Origin: Lytechinus pictus
Lineage: Eukaryota
Direction: 5' to 3'
DNA: 64,000 bases
Assembly (NCBI RefSeq): GCF_037042905.1
Contig: NC_087246.1
Span: forward strand, 26,474,001-26,538,000
The notes under the pieces were generated by a model. That model made no database searches. It saw only the letters and a list, made by a program, of their open reading frames with translations, and was not told the DNA's origin. The position numbers and the translations under genes were made by a program. Of the stretch, positions 1 to 15,128 are shown piece after piece (the stretch's first letter is position 1; the number at the start of each line of letters is the position of its first letter).

Positions 1-1930
1 GTTGACTAAGTCAATATGAGCCGACAGGAAAAGTGCAGGTTACGGCAGAAGAGGAAGGCAATAAGTCCACCCCAAGATTCCATTTTTTTTTTCGTTCCTT
101 TCTTGTATCAATGCTCCTACTATGCAAATACTGACAAAAATTGGGGGGGCTCACGCTCCATCGAGATAAACACATTGAATCGATGGTGACAAATGAAAAG
201 GGAGGAAGGGCAGTAGACTTTTCTGACATCACCAACAGAAACTTCTTGTGGTCGCTTTGAAATGCAATACTCAATTAAAGCCCATCCGACTCTTTTGCAT
301 ATCTATTCCTTACCTATTCAAGCTGGCTCGGCCCCATTTTGGTTTCTTGTTTCTTTCCTTCCAAGCTAAGATAAGTCTTTAAAAAGAGAACAAGCAAAAC
401 ACATGCACTGTCAGAATTTGATCAAAGGCAAGCCCTACAATACCAATCAATCCGAAGCTTTATTTTGCCCCTTCTTTTTCCAATTTTTTTTCCTTGTATA
501 TATTTTCATAATCACTTGGAAATCTCTTGGCTATTAACATATCTTCCTACACCTGCCTAACCCTATACAATGGAATGAATAGAAGGACAAAGAGGGATCA
601 TTATGGAACCGTTTCATCTACATGTTATCCTTTGTATCACACTGTCATAGCCAGAAGGTATCATACTCCATTAATATTTTACAGAGACTTATTCTCCCAC
701 TACATACTGACGGTTACAACGGGGCCGTGCCACAAAAGACACAAACCAGTCCTATGTCTTTGGCTTTTCACAGGCTGACTTCAATAATGCAGGAATGGGA
801 TAAAGGGTTCCTCCAAACATGTGCAAAATAGAAGAATGAAATCCTTTTATCTTGCAAAATTTCCTTCCCTTATAGTTTGATGATTATTATTATTATTGTA
901 GCACAGAGTGCAGTACCCTGGTTACTTATAAAATAAATTTCTTGTTTTCAACGATTATTTGCTTATATTATACTCTGAATGGCACAAGTAATGAAGTTAT
1001 ATTGTGTGACCTACTTTAAGCATGAGCCTCACAGTACACATCTTTTTAATTCAATAAAGCTCAGTAATTGAAAATTAAACTTGACCAAAGATCAAACTTA
1101 GAATATAAACATTAGCCCCAGCATATTCATATTCCTTTTAAAAAAATCATTCATACAATAAATTCTAATTAATTAATTAATTAATAAGATCATAATCATA
1201 ATCAATATGTAAAAATTTAATAAAACTTAGTTCGTCAGATTGGGGTATGAGAAATACTACCACAATAGTGTCAAATTTTTTAAAAAGTTATTACTCTACT
1301 TTTGAGCTACCCGTTTTCTGGGCTCTTTATTTCATTCTGAAGTATACTATTCTGGGTCAATGGACAGATTCCTGTATTCCAAATTAAAATAATAGCATCC
1401 ATTCTAAACGAAATATTCTTATTGTCGATGAAAGGCGATGCAAGAGATTACTGGAAGTACTGCTGGAGGGCAGCGCCCGAACAGAGCTCATTGCAAAACA
1501 AAACTGCCCCTTTGCTACCAACCAAAGCCCTCCAGCTATTCCAATTCTGGCTTTACACAATTCTAGGTCAAATGAAGAACATTTTTGCTTTACTTTTTTT
1601 CTCTTTCTCACCTCCTTACCATCCTCTGCTATTCATCATGGTTTGTCTCAAGTGATTTTATTGGTGAGAGAAAAAGTGCTGAGATGGGTCACAATGCTAT
1701 CAATTATCAACCCAATGTGTTCTGGGGGTGATTGGGAGATTAAGATACATATCTCTCCAATGGAACACCTTTTGTCTCTCTGCTTGTAATACGTAGTTCG
1801 GAGCACAGGACAGGGAATATAATACTTTCTTGAGAAAAAAGAGAAAATTAAAATGAATTTGGGTCACCTGGTCGGATCAGGGTATTGGTAATATAAGCTC
1901 CCACCTCATATCAGGCTGAAGAATGACGAG

Positions 1931-2056
1931 CTAACCGATTCTTAACTCTATCAGACCCATATGATCATTATTCTGTAATGTACAACAACTAACCAATTCT
2001 TAACTCTAGTCCCATATATTCATTATTCTGCAATGTATACAAATAAGCCAATTCTG
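1931..2056 (+). repeat. Degenerate tandem repeat, ~55-58 bp unit, ~2.3 copies
   Basis: CTAACCRATTCTTAACTCTA...CCCATAT..TCATTATTCTGYAATGTA starts at 1931 and 1989, with a partial third copy near 2043. Confidence 0.75.
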
Positions 2057-2192
2057 AATCATTCTGTAGCGGTAGGCAGGCTGAAGATTAACATGTTAAT
2101 CTTCTAAGTAACTTCATGATGAAAAATTTGAAAAAGCTTGTTTAATTATGAACTATCAATCATGAAACTACATGTCGTCCCCATCTGACCTG

Positions 2193-2293
2193 GAGCCCGT
2201 AACACAAAGCTTAGCAATGATCGTAGAACAAATTTTCACGGATTGCATTGACTACAATGTACAATCAATCGTTATACTTTGAGTTACAGAGCC
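2193..2293. mobile_element. Short PIF/Harbinger-type MITE (CWG target class), internally deleted
   Basis: Left end GAGCCCGTAACACAAAG versus reverse complement of right end GGCTCTGTAACTCAAAG. Flanked by CTG (2190-2192) and CTG (2294-2296). Internally similar to 17225-17354 in the opposite orientation. Confidence 0.75.
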
Positions 2294-5200
2294 CTGATTT
2301 CGTTAAACCCAAAACTTTTTCAATGCACAAAGGGTTTGTTTTTCTTCTATCATTGTTGTTGTCCATGAATCCAATCAAGGTTAACTTGGCAATCTATACC
2401 TTTTTTAAAAAATTCTTATTCACGTCATTAAAATTTAATAAAACATAATCTCCATTCCTTGCAGCTCGAGAGAGATTTCAAGAGATATTAACATGACAGC
2501 TTCTAAGAATTATCAATTTTCTTTCCAATGACGAATCAGTGATCTAGTTAAGACTATTCCTTTTAACTTTTTCAGAAGTTAAGTCAAATCTTATAATCAG
2601 AACAAGGGATTGTATATTCTTAACCTGCAATAAGCTAAAGTTTGTTAATGTATATCAAATGAATTTAGGATCATACCCTTTCTTAAGCAGTCGAATCCAA
2701 CCAAATACGATGTAGAAACTGGCCACAAACTACCATGCCATGGGAGTAGCATTCTACATATTATACAAAACCTCAGAGTAATTACTTTTTCTGTTTTTCC
2801 TATATTCACAAGAACTAATTATTGCAGAAGAAGTGGAATGGCATTGAGTCTTATCATGAAGATTGCGGACAACGTCTTAGTTTGGGTTCTTTTCTAGAAA
2901 TTTTTCAATTAAATAGCATGTTAGAGGAAAAGACATGAAATAGAAAGCTGTATAAACCCACAGGATTCATCAGGATGCATCTAGATAATTAGATTCTTCA
3001 TATCAACATGTCACTAAGTTATTCATTGTCACTTCTTTCTATCTTTAACATCTAAATAGCAAGTGAGATTTACATATACCTGAGAAGAAAATACTACCAT
3101 TTATCGTATCTAATAAAATAAAAACGTGTTGAAATTGAAAAGGAAAGGAAGATATGGTATTAGATGCTACCCCTATCATAATTACTAATACTTCTCTATA
3201 AACCTTTAGAAGGTTCAGAATTTTAACATTTTGACAATAATGCCTTGTTTGCAGGACTTCACTTCACTACAAACAGGGATTTAGAAAGTGTTTTCAAAAG
3301 GAGTGATGGTTGATGAAAATCAGTCAAAAAAATTATGAATTAACTTTGAAAGTACAAACAAACAAGTGATCAAAAAATAACTCTGTCAACTGCATTGACC
3401 ATCTGCAGTTTGTACACTTGCTTCTGAGTTCTAGTTCTAACACTGTTCTTGTGAATACGACTATTCATCAAACACCATTTGTGAAAGTGGACCTTAATAT
3501 CCTCACAATACCAATTAGCAATATATCATTCAGCAATCATTTAAATATCATCAAGCCTCACCTTCAGTCTCTTATAATCTTTATAAGAACTCTATCGGCT
3601 GAGGAAAATCAATCATTTACAAAAAAGAAAGCTATTCTGGCCAGTAAAACAGCCATCATAGCACGCTTTTTGATAATTTTGTACTCTGTATACGCTCCCT
3701 CATTTTTAGTCTTTTTTATATTTACCCCCTCTATATATATCTCTATGCTCATCATACTCCCCAACTTTTCAAATTATCTTGCTATTTTCTGATCTAGCAA
3801 ATTATCCTGACTTCAACAATGTCAAGATTATTAATTTTTGTCAAAATTTTTTTTATAAAGAAGATGCAAACAGCCTGCGATTCTTGTAGGTTCGATCTAA
3901 AATTCCCAATCTTTCTACAGAATTTCACACCACTTAGTGAATTATCCAGCTTATTTGCAAGGGTTGAATAGATACACTTTAGTTTTGACTCTAGATAATT
4001 TCTACTAAGATTTCCATACCATTCAGGTTACTCTAACAAGGAGCCTAACTTGGCATGCTCCATGGTCGCAATAAACAATTTATGCTGAAGGAGAATTCCC
4101 CCCTTCCGCTAATGAGTAGGGGATAGGTTTTAGGTTTTCTTTGCTTTTAGATTGATCCTAGAGAACCATAGTTCTAAGACTGATCTGGCTAAAGAATATT
4201 GAGATTTAAACAAGCTCGGTCTGATGAAAAATCATCTTTCTCTTCTCCCCTCCCCCCCCCCCCCCCTCCATTCCCCTTCCAGGTCAAGAAGGTGAATCAT
4301 TTATTTGATGTTGTGGAAAGATTGACTAAATCACACCAAGGAACCTCACACAACCTCAATCACAACTCGCTCATACCAACATACCTCTAAAAAAACTTCT
4401 CATCAATGAGGAGCCATAGAGCGAATGGGGAAATCATTTTGAAAAATTAATGTTTCGTTTAAAAAAATAACTTTCATATTGCACGCTCAAAATATTCTTT
4501 CCAGAATATTAATTCACCAAATAAGGGATCTAAAAATGATTGTGATTATTTGTTTTTTCAACTTTAAACTGATAACTACATTGTAATCTTATTGTAAGCC
4601 ATATGGCACTCAAATTCTTTAGTGACATATAACACTCAATACTATCATTTTATAAAGTACGTTGATTTATCATGAAATAGGCAAGATCAAATACACGTGC
4701 TAATTTCATTACTTTTTTTAATAGATAAGTTTCTAGGTTTTTATTTTACCTTTTCAATGTGTATTATTCATGACTGGCTTTACAGTGATTTGGGTTGTTT
4801 TCAAAGACTTTTTTATTTAGGTCAAAATGTTTCTGGGAGAAAAATCTCATATAATACAGGGACTAAATGGGGTATGGATTACCATAGAACTAGGTCCAAT
4901 ATTACAAAGATCGGCCATATTCATCAACAGGTTTTATGACACATGAACTTCTTCTTGGAGTCAAGTTTCCTTTCTTTCTCATCCTCTCGAATTTTTTTCA
5001 TTCATTGTCTTTTCTCAATTTTCATCACCAATACAGGTTCAGAGTGAAGAGAGACAGCGACGCACCCCTCCCTTTTGCCGCAGTCAATCTTTTCAAAATT
5101 TCAGAGGGGGAAAATAGACGAGAGGTTCTCTAAAAATGAAGCCATGTTGTAGAGTGACGTGATCTACATAAGGATGAGGTCATGTGATATATTTCATTAT

Positions 5201-5395
5201 GCTGTACATAACACTTCTTTATTCTAGTCACATGATATAGATGATTCAGTACGTGGATCATAATTTTCGTAGTCTTTGAGCCAGTGGTTGGTGACACAAG
5301 TAACATGGGAGCAGGAAGGTCTAGGGTTCAGTATCATGCTCAAACTCTAAAGATTAGATATTGTTCATGAAACAAAACAAAGGCCAATCGGTTGA

Positions 5396-5416
5396 GTGTG
5401 TGTGTGTGTGTGTGAA

Positions 5417-5447
<31 letters not shown>
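5396..5447 (+). repeat. Compound (TG)n/(GA)n microsatellite
   Basis: A TG dinucleotide run directly followed by GA dinucleotide runs. Confidence 0.95.
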
Positions 5448-7853
5448 TGTACATATACATACAGACAGGCAGACAGACTGATAAGGAGAGAGGGGAGAAA
5501 GATATAAAGACCAAGAAAGTAATGTAGATATAAGAAGAAAATAAACAATCAGAAATCAATTGCTAGTATCAATCACAGCAAAAGCAGTCATCACCCATTC
5601 CACCAAACATATCAATACCTTGCACAAACAAAAACCATCATTTGTACCATCAAATCCTCAATCCAATTTAACCCAAGAAGTAATTTCCTTGATTCTATCA
5701 AACTCGTATCACCAATTCTTTTCAAAATCACCCGGTATTTCAATCTCCAAAACATTATAATCTATGTATTCAGTAGAAATCAAGTTTCTTTTACAATAAA
5801 AAAAAGTTTATAAAAACAGCTCTCCAAACTAATATTGCATGTCTATTCAAGTTTGCAATCTTGGGAACAATAGCAGGGTGCATTTCTAAAAGTGCTTATT
5901 GGTGAACATATTTAATGGCTTACTAGGGCTCTATGTAAATGATTTTCTCTCTATAGAATTGCAGGTGAAAGAGGCCAGGGGGGAAAAACTCAAATAAAAT
6001 CGAGACAAAAGGTGGAATTTTGGTTGGAGACAGAATTTCACACAAGTATATCAGCTCATTATCTATGTGATAAATGGAGAGACCATGAATCACACTCATT
6101 CCTTCTATTATAAAGAGATAAATTGATAGATTAATTCCAGATGACATATTTTAAAATATGGAAGTAAAGTTTAGAAGATATTAATGACATGTTCAGATCG
6201 AAATGCAGGACTCATTCATAAAACAAAATTTCATTTCTGATCAATAGATAAATTACACGAAGAAATTTTATACCTATAGACATGTTTAGAAATAATATTA
6301 TTTTCCTCCTAATCACGATCAAACTATCATCTATACTCCCCTTTGCTAATGTCATAACATACCTAATACATAGTATATAGACACCAGCTTATGTTAAGTC
6401 CTTTGCACATAGGGAACCTTAAATGTTAATTACAACTTGAATCAAACTGAATTTCAATCAAGATAAAAGTGAGATTGCAAGAAAAAAAAAGACAGATTTG
6501 GTTTGTTACTTCTATTGCTTAACTAATGAGTTTAAGATTTAATTGAGCTTGAAATGGGATGGGTATACTACTTCTATACTATACTACAAAGACTAACATA
6601 ACTTACACGCAACAGATTTTGAAGAAGTAATTTCCAAAGCAATCAAACATCTCCGGGAGTAGGGTGTAGTTTAAGAATATTAGGTTCCATTTCATTAAAG
6701 ACTATCAAATCAAATAGATTTGACCGCAATGAACAAAGAAACAATTTGTTACAAGCAGTTGGGTGTCGGGGAGTAAGAGCTATGAAAAGACACCTGTTTC
6801 TACAAATCAAAGACATGCCTACAGAGATAGCAAACACCTCAAACTGAATAGAAAATATGTAATTCGTAGCTCGTTTACACGAAATTCTAATTTACCAATA
6901 GAAGATGGAATTTATCTCAGATTAAAAGACACACAAGATCCTGGTTCCACAAAGTGTACCAATTTAACTACCCTCACCCCTCCCCTTACCTCTTTCTTTA
7001 CCTCTCTCCATTTTGTGATTAAATTGTATTTGATAAATTGTGGTAAATACTAATTCCGAAACGATGAATCGTTTTCTAAACCCTATTTCGGCGATTGGCT
7101 GTTTGTCCATTTGATAAAAAAATTTATGTTTGGAAAACAATTGATTATAAATGTTATTGAAAGAAAGAAAGCAAAATCATTCTTTGCTCATCACACCTAC
7201 CGGTACTCATCTATCAAATTTTCATCAATGATAAGTAAAATTCCTGCACACTCATTCCCAAGAACTTTCCAGAGTCTAATTCAAAAGGTGAGTTTTAAAT
7301 AATGGATGTACAAGTGACATGTACATAGACTAAGATGAAGAATTGAAAAGAAGGAGGCACTCATGTAAAAACCCAATTCCATTAAGAACCATGGCAGATG
7401 AAGGAGAGACTTGATTTCTCTTCTACACTAGTGTGAAAATGTCAAATTAGACAAATTAGACTGGAAAGGTAGAGAGAGAGAGAGCGAGAAGCGCATGCCA
7501 AAGATCAATTTAATCTTTCGACGAAAAGACAGGACAAACAAAACACAAAAAAATGGAAGTTCTCTTCTTCATGAGCTGCCAGAGAAATAAATCAGCATAT
7601 TTAATCTGATTTGTGATGCAAAAGAAACAAAATCTGCGAACATGACCTTTTAGAGTCAATTAAAACAGGAAGGCAGATTCATGCATGATGTGAGGGAAAT
7701 GAGGAGAGTAGACATCAGTCATTTCTAGACTCATCATATCATACAATGCTCTGTCTCTCTCTCTCTCCCCCCCTCTCCACTTTCATCCCCCTTTTTATTT
7801 TCATTGTCTTCAATACGTTGTCTCACTTTCTCTATCAACCTGTCCCATACCCG

Positions 7854-8038
7854 GTGGGTTTTCATAAAGCCGTTTGTGAGTTTCAAGCGACTTTATGAAC
7901 AACTGGTGACCCTTTCTTAGGAACTATATAAAAGCCAATGGAAATCTGGTGTGTATTTTAAATATTAATCACAAGAAAAGATCACCAGTTGGTCATAAAG
8001 TCGCTCATAACTTACAAACAGCTTTATGAAACACCCAA
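7854..8038. mobile_element. Foldback MITE with ~65-bp imperfect TIRs, Harbinger-like
   Basis: GGGTTTTCATAAAGCCGTTTGTGAGTT..GCGACTTTATGAACAACTGGTGA is mirrored by TCACCAGTTGGTCATAAAGTCGC..AACTTACAAACAGCTTTATGAAACACCC. CCG direct repeats flank both ends (7851-7853, 8039-8041). Confidence 0.85.
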
Positions 8039-8242
8039 CCGGTCTCTTTTTCTTTATATTTCTCCACCTGTCTTTGTTGTGACCCCCTTTCCAATACTCT
8101 TCATTAAGCAAGCTCTCTCTCTCTCTCTATCAATATTTTACTCGTCACATGACATCACTTTTGATATCTCTTCCCATATGTTTGTATCCCTTGGAATCAT
8201 CATCCACAAGAATGAAAAAAAAATCTTTCCATGGTCATTTAG

Positions 8243-8378
8243 GAACCCGTTTCATAAAGAGTTATGATTATAGTAACTCTGTCGTTATGGTTACTACCAT
8301 GGTAACAGAGCTCACCAGCCAATCACAATCAAGACTTCCATGGTAGATGTCATTATGGTATAGTGTTGAAACTGGCCC
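8243..8378. mobile_element. Degenerate Harbinger-type MITE
   Basis: Ends GAACCCGTTTCA...TGAAACTGGCCC are imperfect inverted repeats flanked by TAG/TAG. Internal AGCCAATCACAATCAAG resembles 31990-32125. Confidence 0.6.
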
Positions 8379-11300
8379 TAGATTTGTTTTTCCAAATTCA
8401 GAAGTATATAGAAACAAAACTTTATTTAGATACCTAGTGCTAGTTAAACAAATACAAATATTTTTACAGAGCAATAAATTCAACATTTCCACTTTATTAT
8501 ACAAAAAATCATCACCATCAAGAACTTCTCTGGATATGTGATTGGACAAACAAAGAAATGGCAAAAATAGTGACATACATTCCCTGGCACAGAGACTCTC
8601 TACACCTGTTAAACGATCAAAGTCAAATTAAGATCCAAGACAGAATAAAGTACGCAAATCAAACAAAGTTTTAATAAAGCATGGGGGAGGAGAAGACAAG
8701 AAACGAGGGAGAGAAAAACTCATTTAAGACACCATAAATGAGCAGCCAAAGACAGATGGTTCATGGGTGTCAGAGAAATTCCCAGCTAAACATTTAAATT
8801 CATGGTGGAATAATCAAATCCAATGCCTGTTAATGGACTCGATGAGACAACTCAGTGTCAAGTCTAGCTTTTAAGGAATGAGAAGAGGAAACAAGTGATT
8901 CTTGCCTCTTTCAGTGCAGCAGAGTCACTCTTCTTTCTTCTTGAAATAGATATAGAGCTTGCACTTTGTTATCATGCAAACTATCCTCTCTTGTAGTATG
9001 GTTGGGTTATTCTGTCAAGTTTAATGCGTAAATCAGAGAAATCACAATATTTAATGCCTTCTCTTCACACAACTTTGATTGGTTGAAAACGTCCAAATCA
9101 AAGTTTGTTCCAAACGTTTTTTTTCCCCGACCTGCTGTCAAACAGGGACAACCCCCCCCCCCCCAAAAAAAAAAAATCATGTCATTCCCTGAAGAGAGAA
9201 CTTTGAAAAACAGAGAGTGAGAATCCAAGAAGAATGGGCTTGCCACAGGAAACATTAAGCATGCATACATCTACAGCCGCACCTGTGCAAATCTCGGCTA
9301 AACATTCTGACCAAGTTCAAACTACCCTAAGCTGATCTGACTTTTGACAGGCATGTTTCCTCTCGCTAATATCCACAAATAAAACTGTGAAGCCACACTC
9401 TAAAACAAAAGCTACATATTAAATCACATGGGAATGCAGGAATACTAGTGAGCAGATAAACCGATGGCATCAAACGAAAAGGCGTGGAGCTGAGGCTGCA
9501 AAATGGGACATGGAATAAAGAATTTCAAATTAAAAGGCATATAATGTTCCTACAATCATTCCTCCTAGAAGTCGTGAGATCAAGAAGTTTTATCACTACA
9601 GACATAGTTCTACAGGTACAGGCTTGGGTAAATACTCAAAATAAAACTTTACCTCTTGAAAGCTGTTTGGAAATAAAATATCAGGTGACCAGTCAGCTGA
9701 CTAGTCATGTGCTTGAATCAACAGACCAGGCAACACAACTAGATGCTGATTTCTCAATTTAGGTCTACAGCATGATTGATCTTCAAAAAAAAATATAAGG
9801 ATAAATTACAATGATGATGATGATAATGAGGACATTTACAATGATAGAAGTAGCGAGTATGATGATGATGACCACTTCTAAAAGTGAGATGAAGAAATCA
9901 GAGGAAAGAGTGAAGAATAAGCTGTAAACAAAAAGCTGTAAACAAACATGAAAAAATGAACAGAGGATGGACTGCATCCTGCAAAGACAATTTTCTCCCA
10001 AATCTGATTTCGCATCGGGCCTTGCCTTTATAGTGCGCAATGGCAATTATCACCACTCACATCGGATTCGATATAACCGATGAAAGAATGCAGTATTTAC
10101 ATTTGCTAACGTGAGGGTCACATGACCATCTCAGCCTCATCAACGAGAGGATCCCTCCAAGGGCCCCTAACCTTTCTTTCGTCTTAACTCCCTGATTATA
10201 ATCCCACAAGATTTCACACTCTTTATATCTCCTTAATGATGACGGCCCTCTCACCATCTCTCATCTTGGATTAAGTGTTACACACACACAGTGCTACTTT
10301 GGTAATAACAGCCAGGAGCTAAATATGCATGAGGAAAGGAGGATTCCTCCCTAGCAACGCATACAAGATGATACCCCCATCCTCTCACACCTCTCCATTC
10401 CTCATCTCTGTCAATCAAGAAAACTAACAGGGATTCCAAGTGCTCGTATGCAAATATGTACAACCAGGATGTGTCGAGTACGCAGCAATATAGTCTTTTT
10501 TTTAGCGAGAGAAGAGAGGAAAAACAAGAAAATGCCTGAGAAAAAAATGGCCGGTGCTTAAGAATTCTGGTGGAGGTGAGATGGGTTTAGGTTGAGATAG
10601 AGAGAGAGGGTTAGGAAGATGTTGGCCTGGAACAACAAGAGTTTAATGTCAACAAGACACCAGGGAGTGCTACAGGATGTAGAGGGGTAAAGAACCCTGG
10701 TCGACAGGGGCAAATTAGACCAGGAGGGAAAACGAGGGGGGTAGAAAGTCAGCAGCGGACGTCAGAATGGAACATGGGAGAAATCCAAGATGAAGATGCA
10801 ACAGTTTTGAGATGTCCGTGTATCATGTGGCAACAAGCGGCAGCATTTCAGGCGTCGCATTTGGCCTAGAGACCCTGAAATGATACCACATGCTATTGAT
10901 TCATGATCTCAAACAACTTCTCTTTCCGTTTTCCTCTCATGATATGTCTTTTCTGGAAATCTTTGTTGCTATAACGATTGTTACAGTGATGAAGAATCAA
11001 ACAAATTAAGTTATGGCATTAGAATATCGAGACAGATCTCACACCTCACTCAGGGGAATTATTTGGGAAAAATCTTCATGTCATTCCTGACAACCACATC
11101 TCATAGTTTATAATATGAAATTCCATTTTTTTTTCATAGTCATACCCACCTTATTTGTTGAAATAATATACAATGGAAAATATAACAAGTTAAATAATAA
11201 GCCTATTTTCATAAAATGGCATTAACATGATGATGATGCACGTCATTCCTACAGTGCCTCTGTATGAAGCATCAAAAAGTCACATAACCATATGAACACT

Positions 11301-12004
11301 TTAACAGACAAGACACATGCCATGATGCCTATCTGCTTCAAAATATAAGGCATTTATAATTTGTTTGATTAATACAATTACTAGCCCCAAAGAATTTCCT
11401 GTCCATGATATATATTCAGCATTCATATATCTCCATCATTCCAGCACAATGTTACATAACAAAAAGGTAATACAGGTCACAATGAAACAGAATATTAATG
11501 TTTCTCATTAAAGCTCTCCGTACTCATGAAAAGTGTCTACGAGTCCATTGAATGATCGCATTCACAAGGTCCTCAGACTAAAGGCTTCAAGAAAGACATC
11601 AAATCCAATCAAGTATGTCTAATATGAACCAACTATGCTTTGATCTAATCCAAGATGATAAATTAAATAGAAGAGTCTTTTCTTTAAGCTCTCATCAATA
11701 GCCCATCCACCATACACTGCCTGATACTGCGCTTCTGAGATCAAAGGAAGCTAAAGCAAATTAATACCTTCAGAGACAGAGGGACCGAGGAAGAGCGAGA
11801 GAAAGGTAGGGGAGAATAAAAGAAAAAGAGGCTTATGAGACGTGAAAGGAAGAGGGAGTAAAAGTAGTACTAAGTCAAAGGTGGGGGTAAAGAATGAGAA
11901 AACCTTGGTGTCAAAACATCTTCCCAGAGGTTGAAGTGGTACGACAATAGCCCCCTCTCACACCTATTATACCTGGCTAGGCAGTAATCACCATAATTGA
12001 TGCA

Positions 12005-12027
12005 ATTTGCATATGTAAATGAAATTA
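12005..12027. promoter_or_regulatory. Palindromic double-octamer (POU dimer-type) site with adjacent AATTA
   Basis: ATTTGCATATGTAAATGAAATTA contains the canonical octamer ATTTGCAT abutting an inverted near-octamer ATGTAAAT. Confidence 0.5.
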
Positions 12028-14312
12028 TCCTGACCAAGTGTCCTTGGGTAGGTATTAGTGACTTAATGCTGAGAGAGAGAGATGGAGAGAGGAAACCTAC
12101 ATCTTGATGATTACATAAAAGAGCTGCCTACAATAGCATATAGGCTACACGTCAGAGATTATCATCTCTCTCTCTCTTTCATTCTAACCAACCAAACCCA
12201 CTTCTTTTGGTTCAACTTTCTGCCTATTCTTTTTGTTCATTCCCCTATGGTTGTGTGTAAGCTCTCTTTTCTTTGAGTCAGCCAAACACTGCACATTTTC
12301 CTAATCTTGGCTAGAGGATTAAAATTTTGAAAGAAGATTAACACAAGACAATACATGGCATCATAGCATAACTTTAAGCAAGCATTATAACAGGTTGCTA
12401 TATCGGTGAAATACATGCTTTTCTTCTTTGAGAATTAGTAGCATTTACATTTTTTATCCCTCTCCTGCTGAACGAATGTATTCATTCATTTTCTTTCATC
12501 ATTCCACATTTCAGATTTCGTACTTGAGAAAAACTCTCTGTGCATATACATTGAATTAAATATTGATTCTTCACCCAAAGCAATGGACGCTGCACAACTC
12601 TACTTCTTAATTAAGAGGGCATTTCTCTACAATTCCCTCACATACTGTCAGACAAAATCAAATGAACTCATGAAATGTCCATCTCTCCATAAAAAAACTC
12701 CTTAATTCAAACATTTCAGGAAGTGTATTAATGCCACAGTAAAATCACTGATATAATACTGAGGTGTCGAACTGTCAATTATAACCATCGCCTTGATTCA
12801 CTTCTGGAAAATTAATTTTAATTCAGGTATGAACGATAAAGGGAAGAGTTAAGAAATGAAGGCACCATTTTTGTCTTGAAATGATAAAGTTTGAGTATTG
12901 ATCAATTGCTGTCAGAATTTTTTTTTCTTTCTTTCCTAACTAGTGGGCATTATGATTATATATAGTTTTCATATATCTCTTTGATACACCATATGAGTCC
13001 TCTTTATAAAGAACAATTCAAAGAAGATGAGCAAATAAAGATTGTGATCATCTTGGAATATTTGATGAAGCGGATGAAATCAAAGGTACCATTCTGGTAT
13101 CCATACCCTATTCTGTTGTCACAATGTCAAAGTGAGTCAATAACGCTTCCTTCAAAATCTCTTTCTATCATCCCATACATCCAGGCACGGCTGGGCACAC
13201 AATAATCACATTAGACCATGATTACCACAGGAAATGCCAAGTTGAACTATGTTTTTGTCCAAATGTAGGAGGGCTACGATTCCATAACGTGAGGGGGTCA
13301 AAGGCCATCAAAAGGATATCCGCTGTGCAGGAGATTCATCGACTTGGTAATTAGTGATTACTACATTTCTACTTTGGTATCTTTACATCTTAATGACAAT
13401 GAACGCTAAAACAGAAAGCTACTGCACAAACAGTTACAACCACAAATGAGAGTCTATAATCTGAAATTTTCAGATAATTCTGTGTGTTTCCACATGGCAA
13501 ACAAAATTCAAGATTATGCTACTCATATCTTAAAGATGACAATTAGGGAATTCGATGGTTACATTACCTTCAAGTAACGGAAGAATTCCAGAAGTCGGAT
13601 TCCAAGATTCGGAGAAACTTAAAACAGGTGCTCCGCCCTTACTGCATGTAGTTATTGGTGTAGAGAATCAGCATGTTGTGTATATACTGCATGAGAAAAA
13701 ACAGAGTTAAGACAACTTAAGCAGGCAAACCATTAAAGACTGAGCACCTATAGCCACTGCATTCAATGAAAACTCTACGTGTAGATGACGACTATTGTTC
13801 TTAACCATCCAATGGCCCTTTCTCTCTCCCAAACCAATGAAAAGCACTAGAGTTTGTAAAAGAATTCAATGAAAAGGCGGTGGGGCACAAACAGGGCTTC
13901 GCCAAATTAATGGGGTCAGAGTTATTGTAATCACAGGAGGAGAGAACAAAAGACAAGGAGAGTGAGAGAAAGAGAGAGGAGGGGAGAGAGAAATAATAAA
14001 AAGAAACTTTGCATGCTGGCAAAAAGCGCTCTTCTATTTTGACACAGGTGATATTGAAAAGGAATTAGCGAAGTAAAGGATGTAAGTTGAAAGGAATATT
14101 GAAGAATTGGAAGACAAGAGAGAAAGAGGAACGGGGGAGGGGTTTATTCACGATGGTATTTATATTGATATATTATGAGAGTTTGTAATGAGGGTTACAC
14201 ACGCATATAATAGCTTAGAGGTAGAAACCATACACTGAAACAACAAGTAGAGATTGAGCCGAACAGAGCAACGGCTCCCAATTGAGTTAACTCGTTAAGC
14301 TCCACGCTTGTG

Positions 14313-14335
14313 ATTTACATATGCAAATGTAATTA
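14313..14335. promoter_or_regulatory. Second palindromic double-octamer (POU dimer-type) site with adjacent TAATTA
   Basis: ATTTACATATGCAAATGTAATTA; the first 16 bp are the exact reverse complement of 12005-12020. Confidence 0.5.
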
Positions 14336-15128
14336 AGGAGAGGCCTGTCGTAAGTAGTGGCTTGGTTGACTGGGTTGTGAGTAGTGCATGAAATGACTGC
14401 ACTTCTTTATGCGAATAGGCTATCTTACAATATTACCTGCTATTCTTTGCTTGTTTATCTTTGTCTGAAAATGCAAATATTGTCTCTACACAGTCAGAGC
14501 TTTAAGCCTAATTAGATTTTGATAAAAGCCAGACAACTCGATGAATTAAAGCTGGAGCTGTTAATAAGAACCAACCTGGTTTCACATGGTTTCATTAAAG
14601 TCATCTATAAACTCATTTTATGTGTTTTCAAGTGGAATGAAGAAGCAATACCAACACCTGACTGACAAACTTGTGGTTTGATATTCCTCAATTAGTGAGA
14701 ACTTTGGTTGGGTAATTTCTTGGCTGCTCTTCGGAGATACCGGTAATGCAGAGTTTGATGAAATAGAAGGAGTAATAAACTCTACTAGATTTCAGCAAAT
14801 ACATTCGTTTTTTATATATTTATCCACATCCATTAAAATAAATAATGTCAACAGAAAAAGACAAACAGAGGCTTGATTAATTTTTCTTCATGAGCAAAAT
14901 GGCGATCTTATTCTCGAATATGCTTATTTCACTTAATTTCTTTAGCCCACTTAACCCCGGAGTATACCATTCATGATTCTTTTAATGCCAACCATTCTTG
15001 TGAAGTACCTTCAACCAAGCTAAGCACACTGATGACAATTCTTGTATTTGTTTCATTTTGGTGGCTGTGTGTGTTTCATTTCATTTTTTTAATTTTTGCA
15101 TCGGCTTTATTGTCAGGGTCTATATAAT

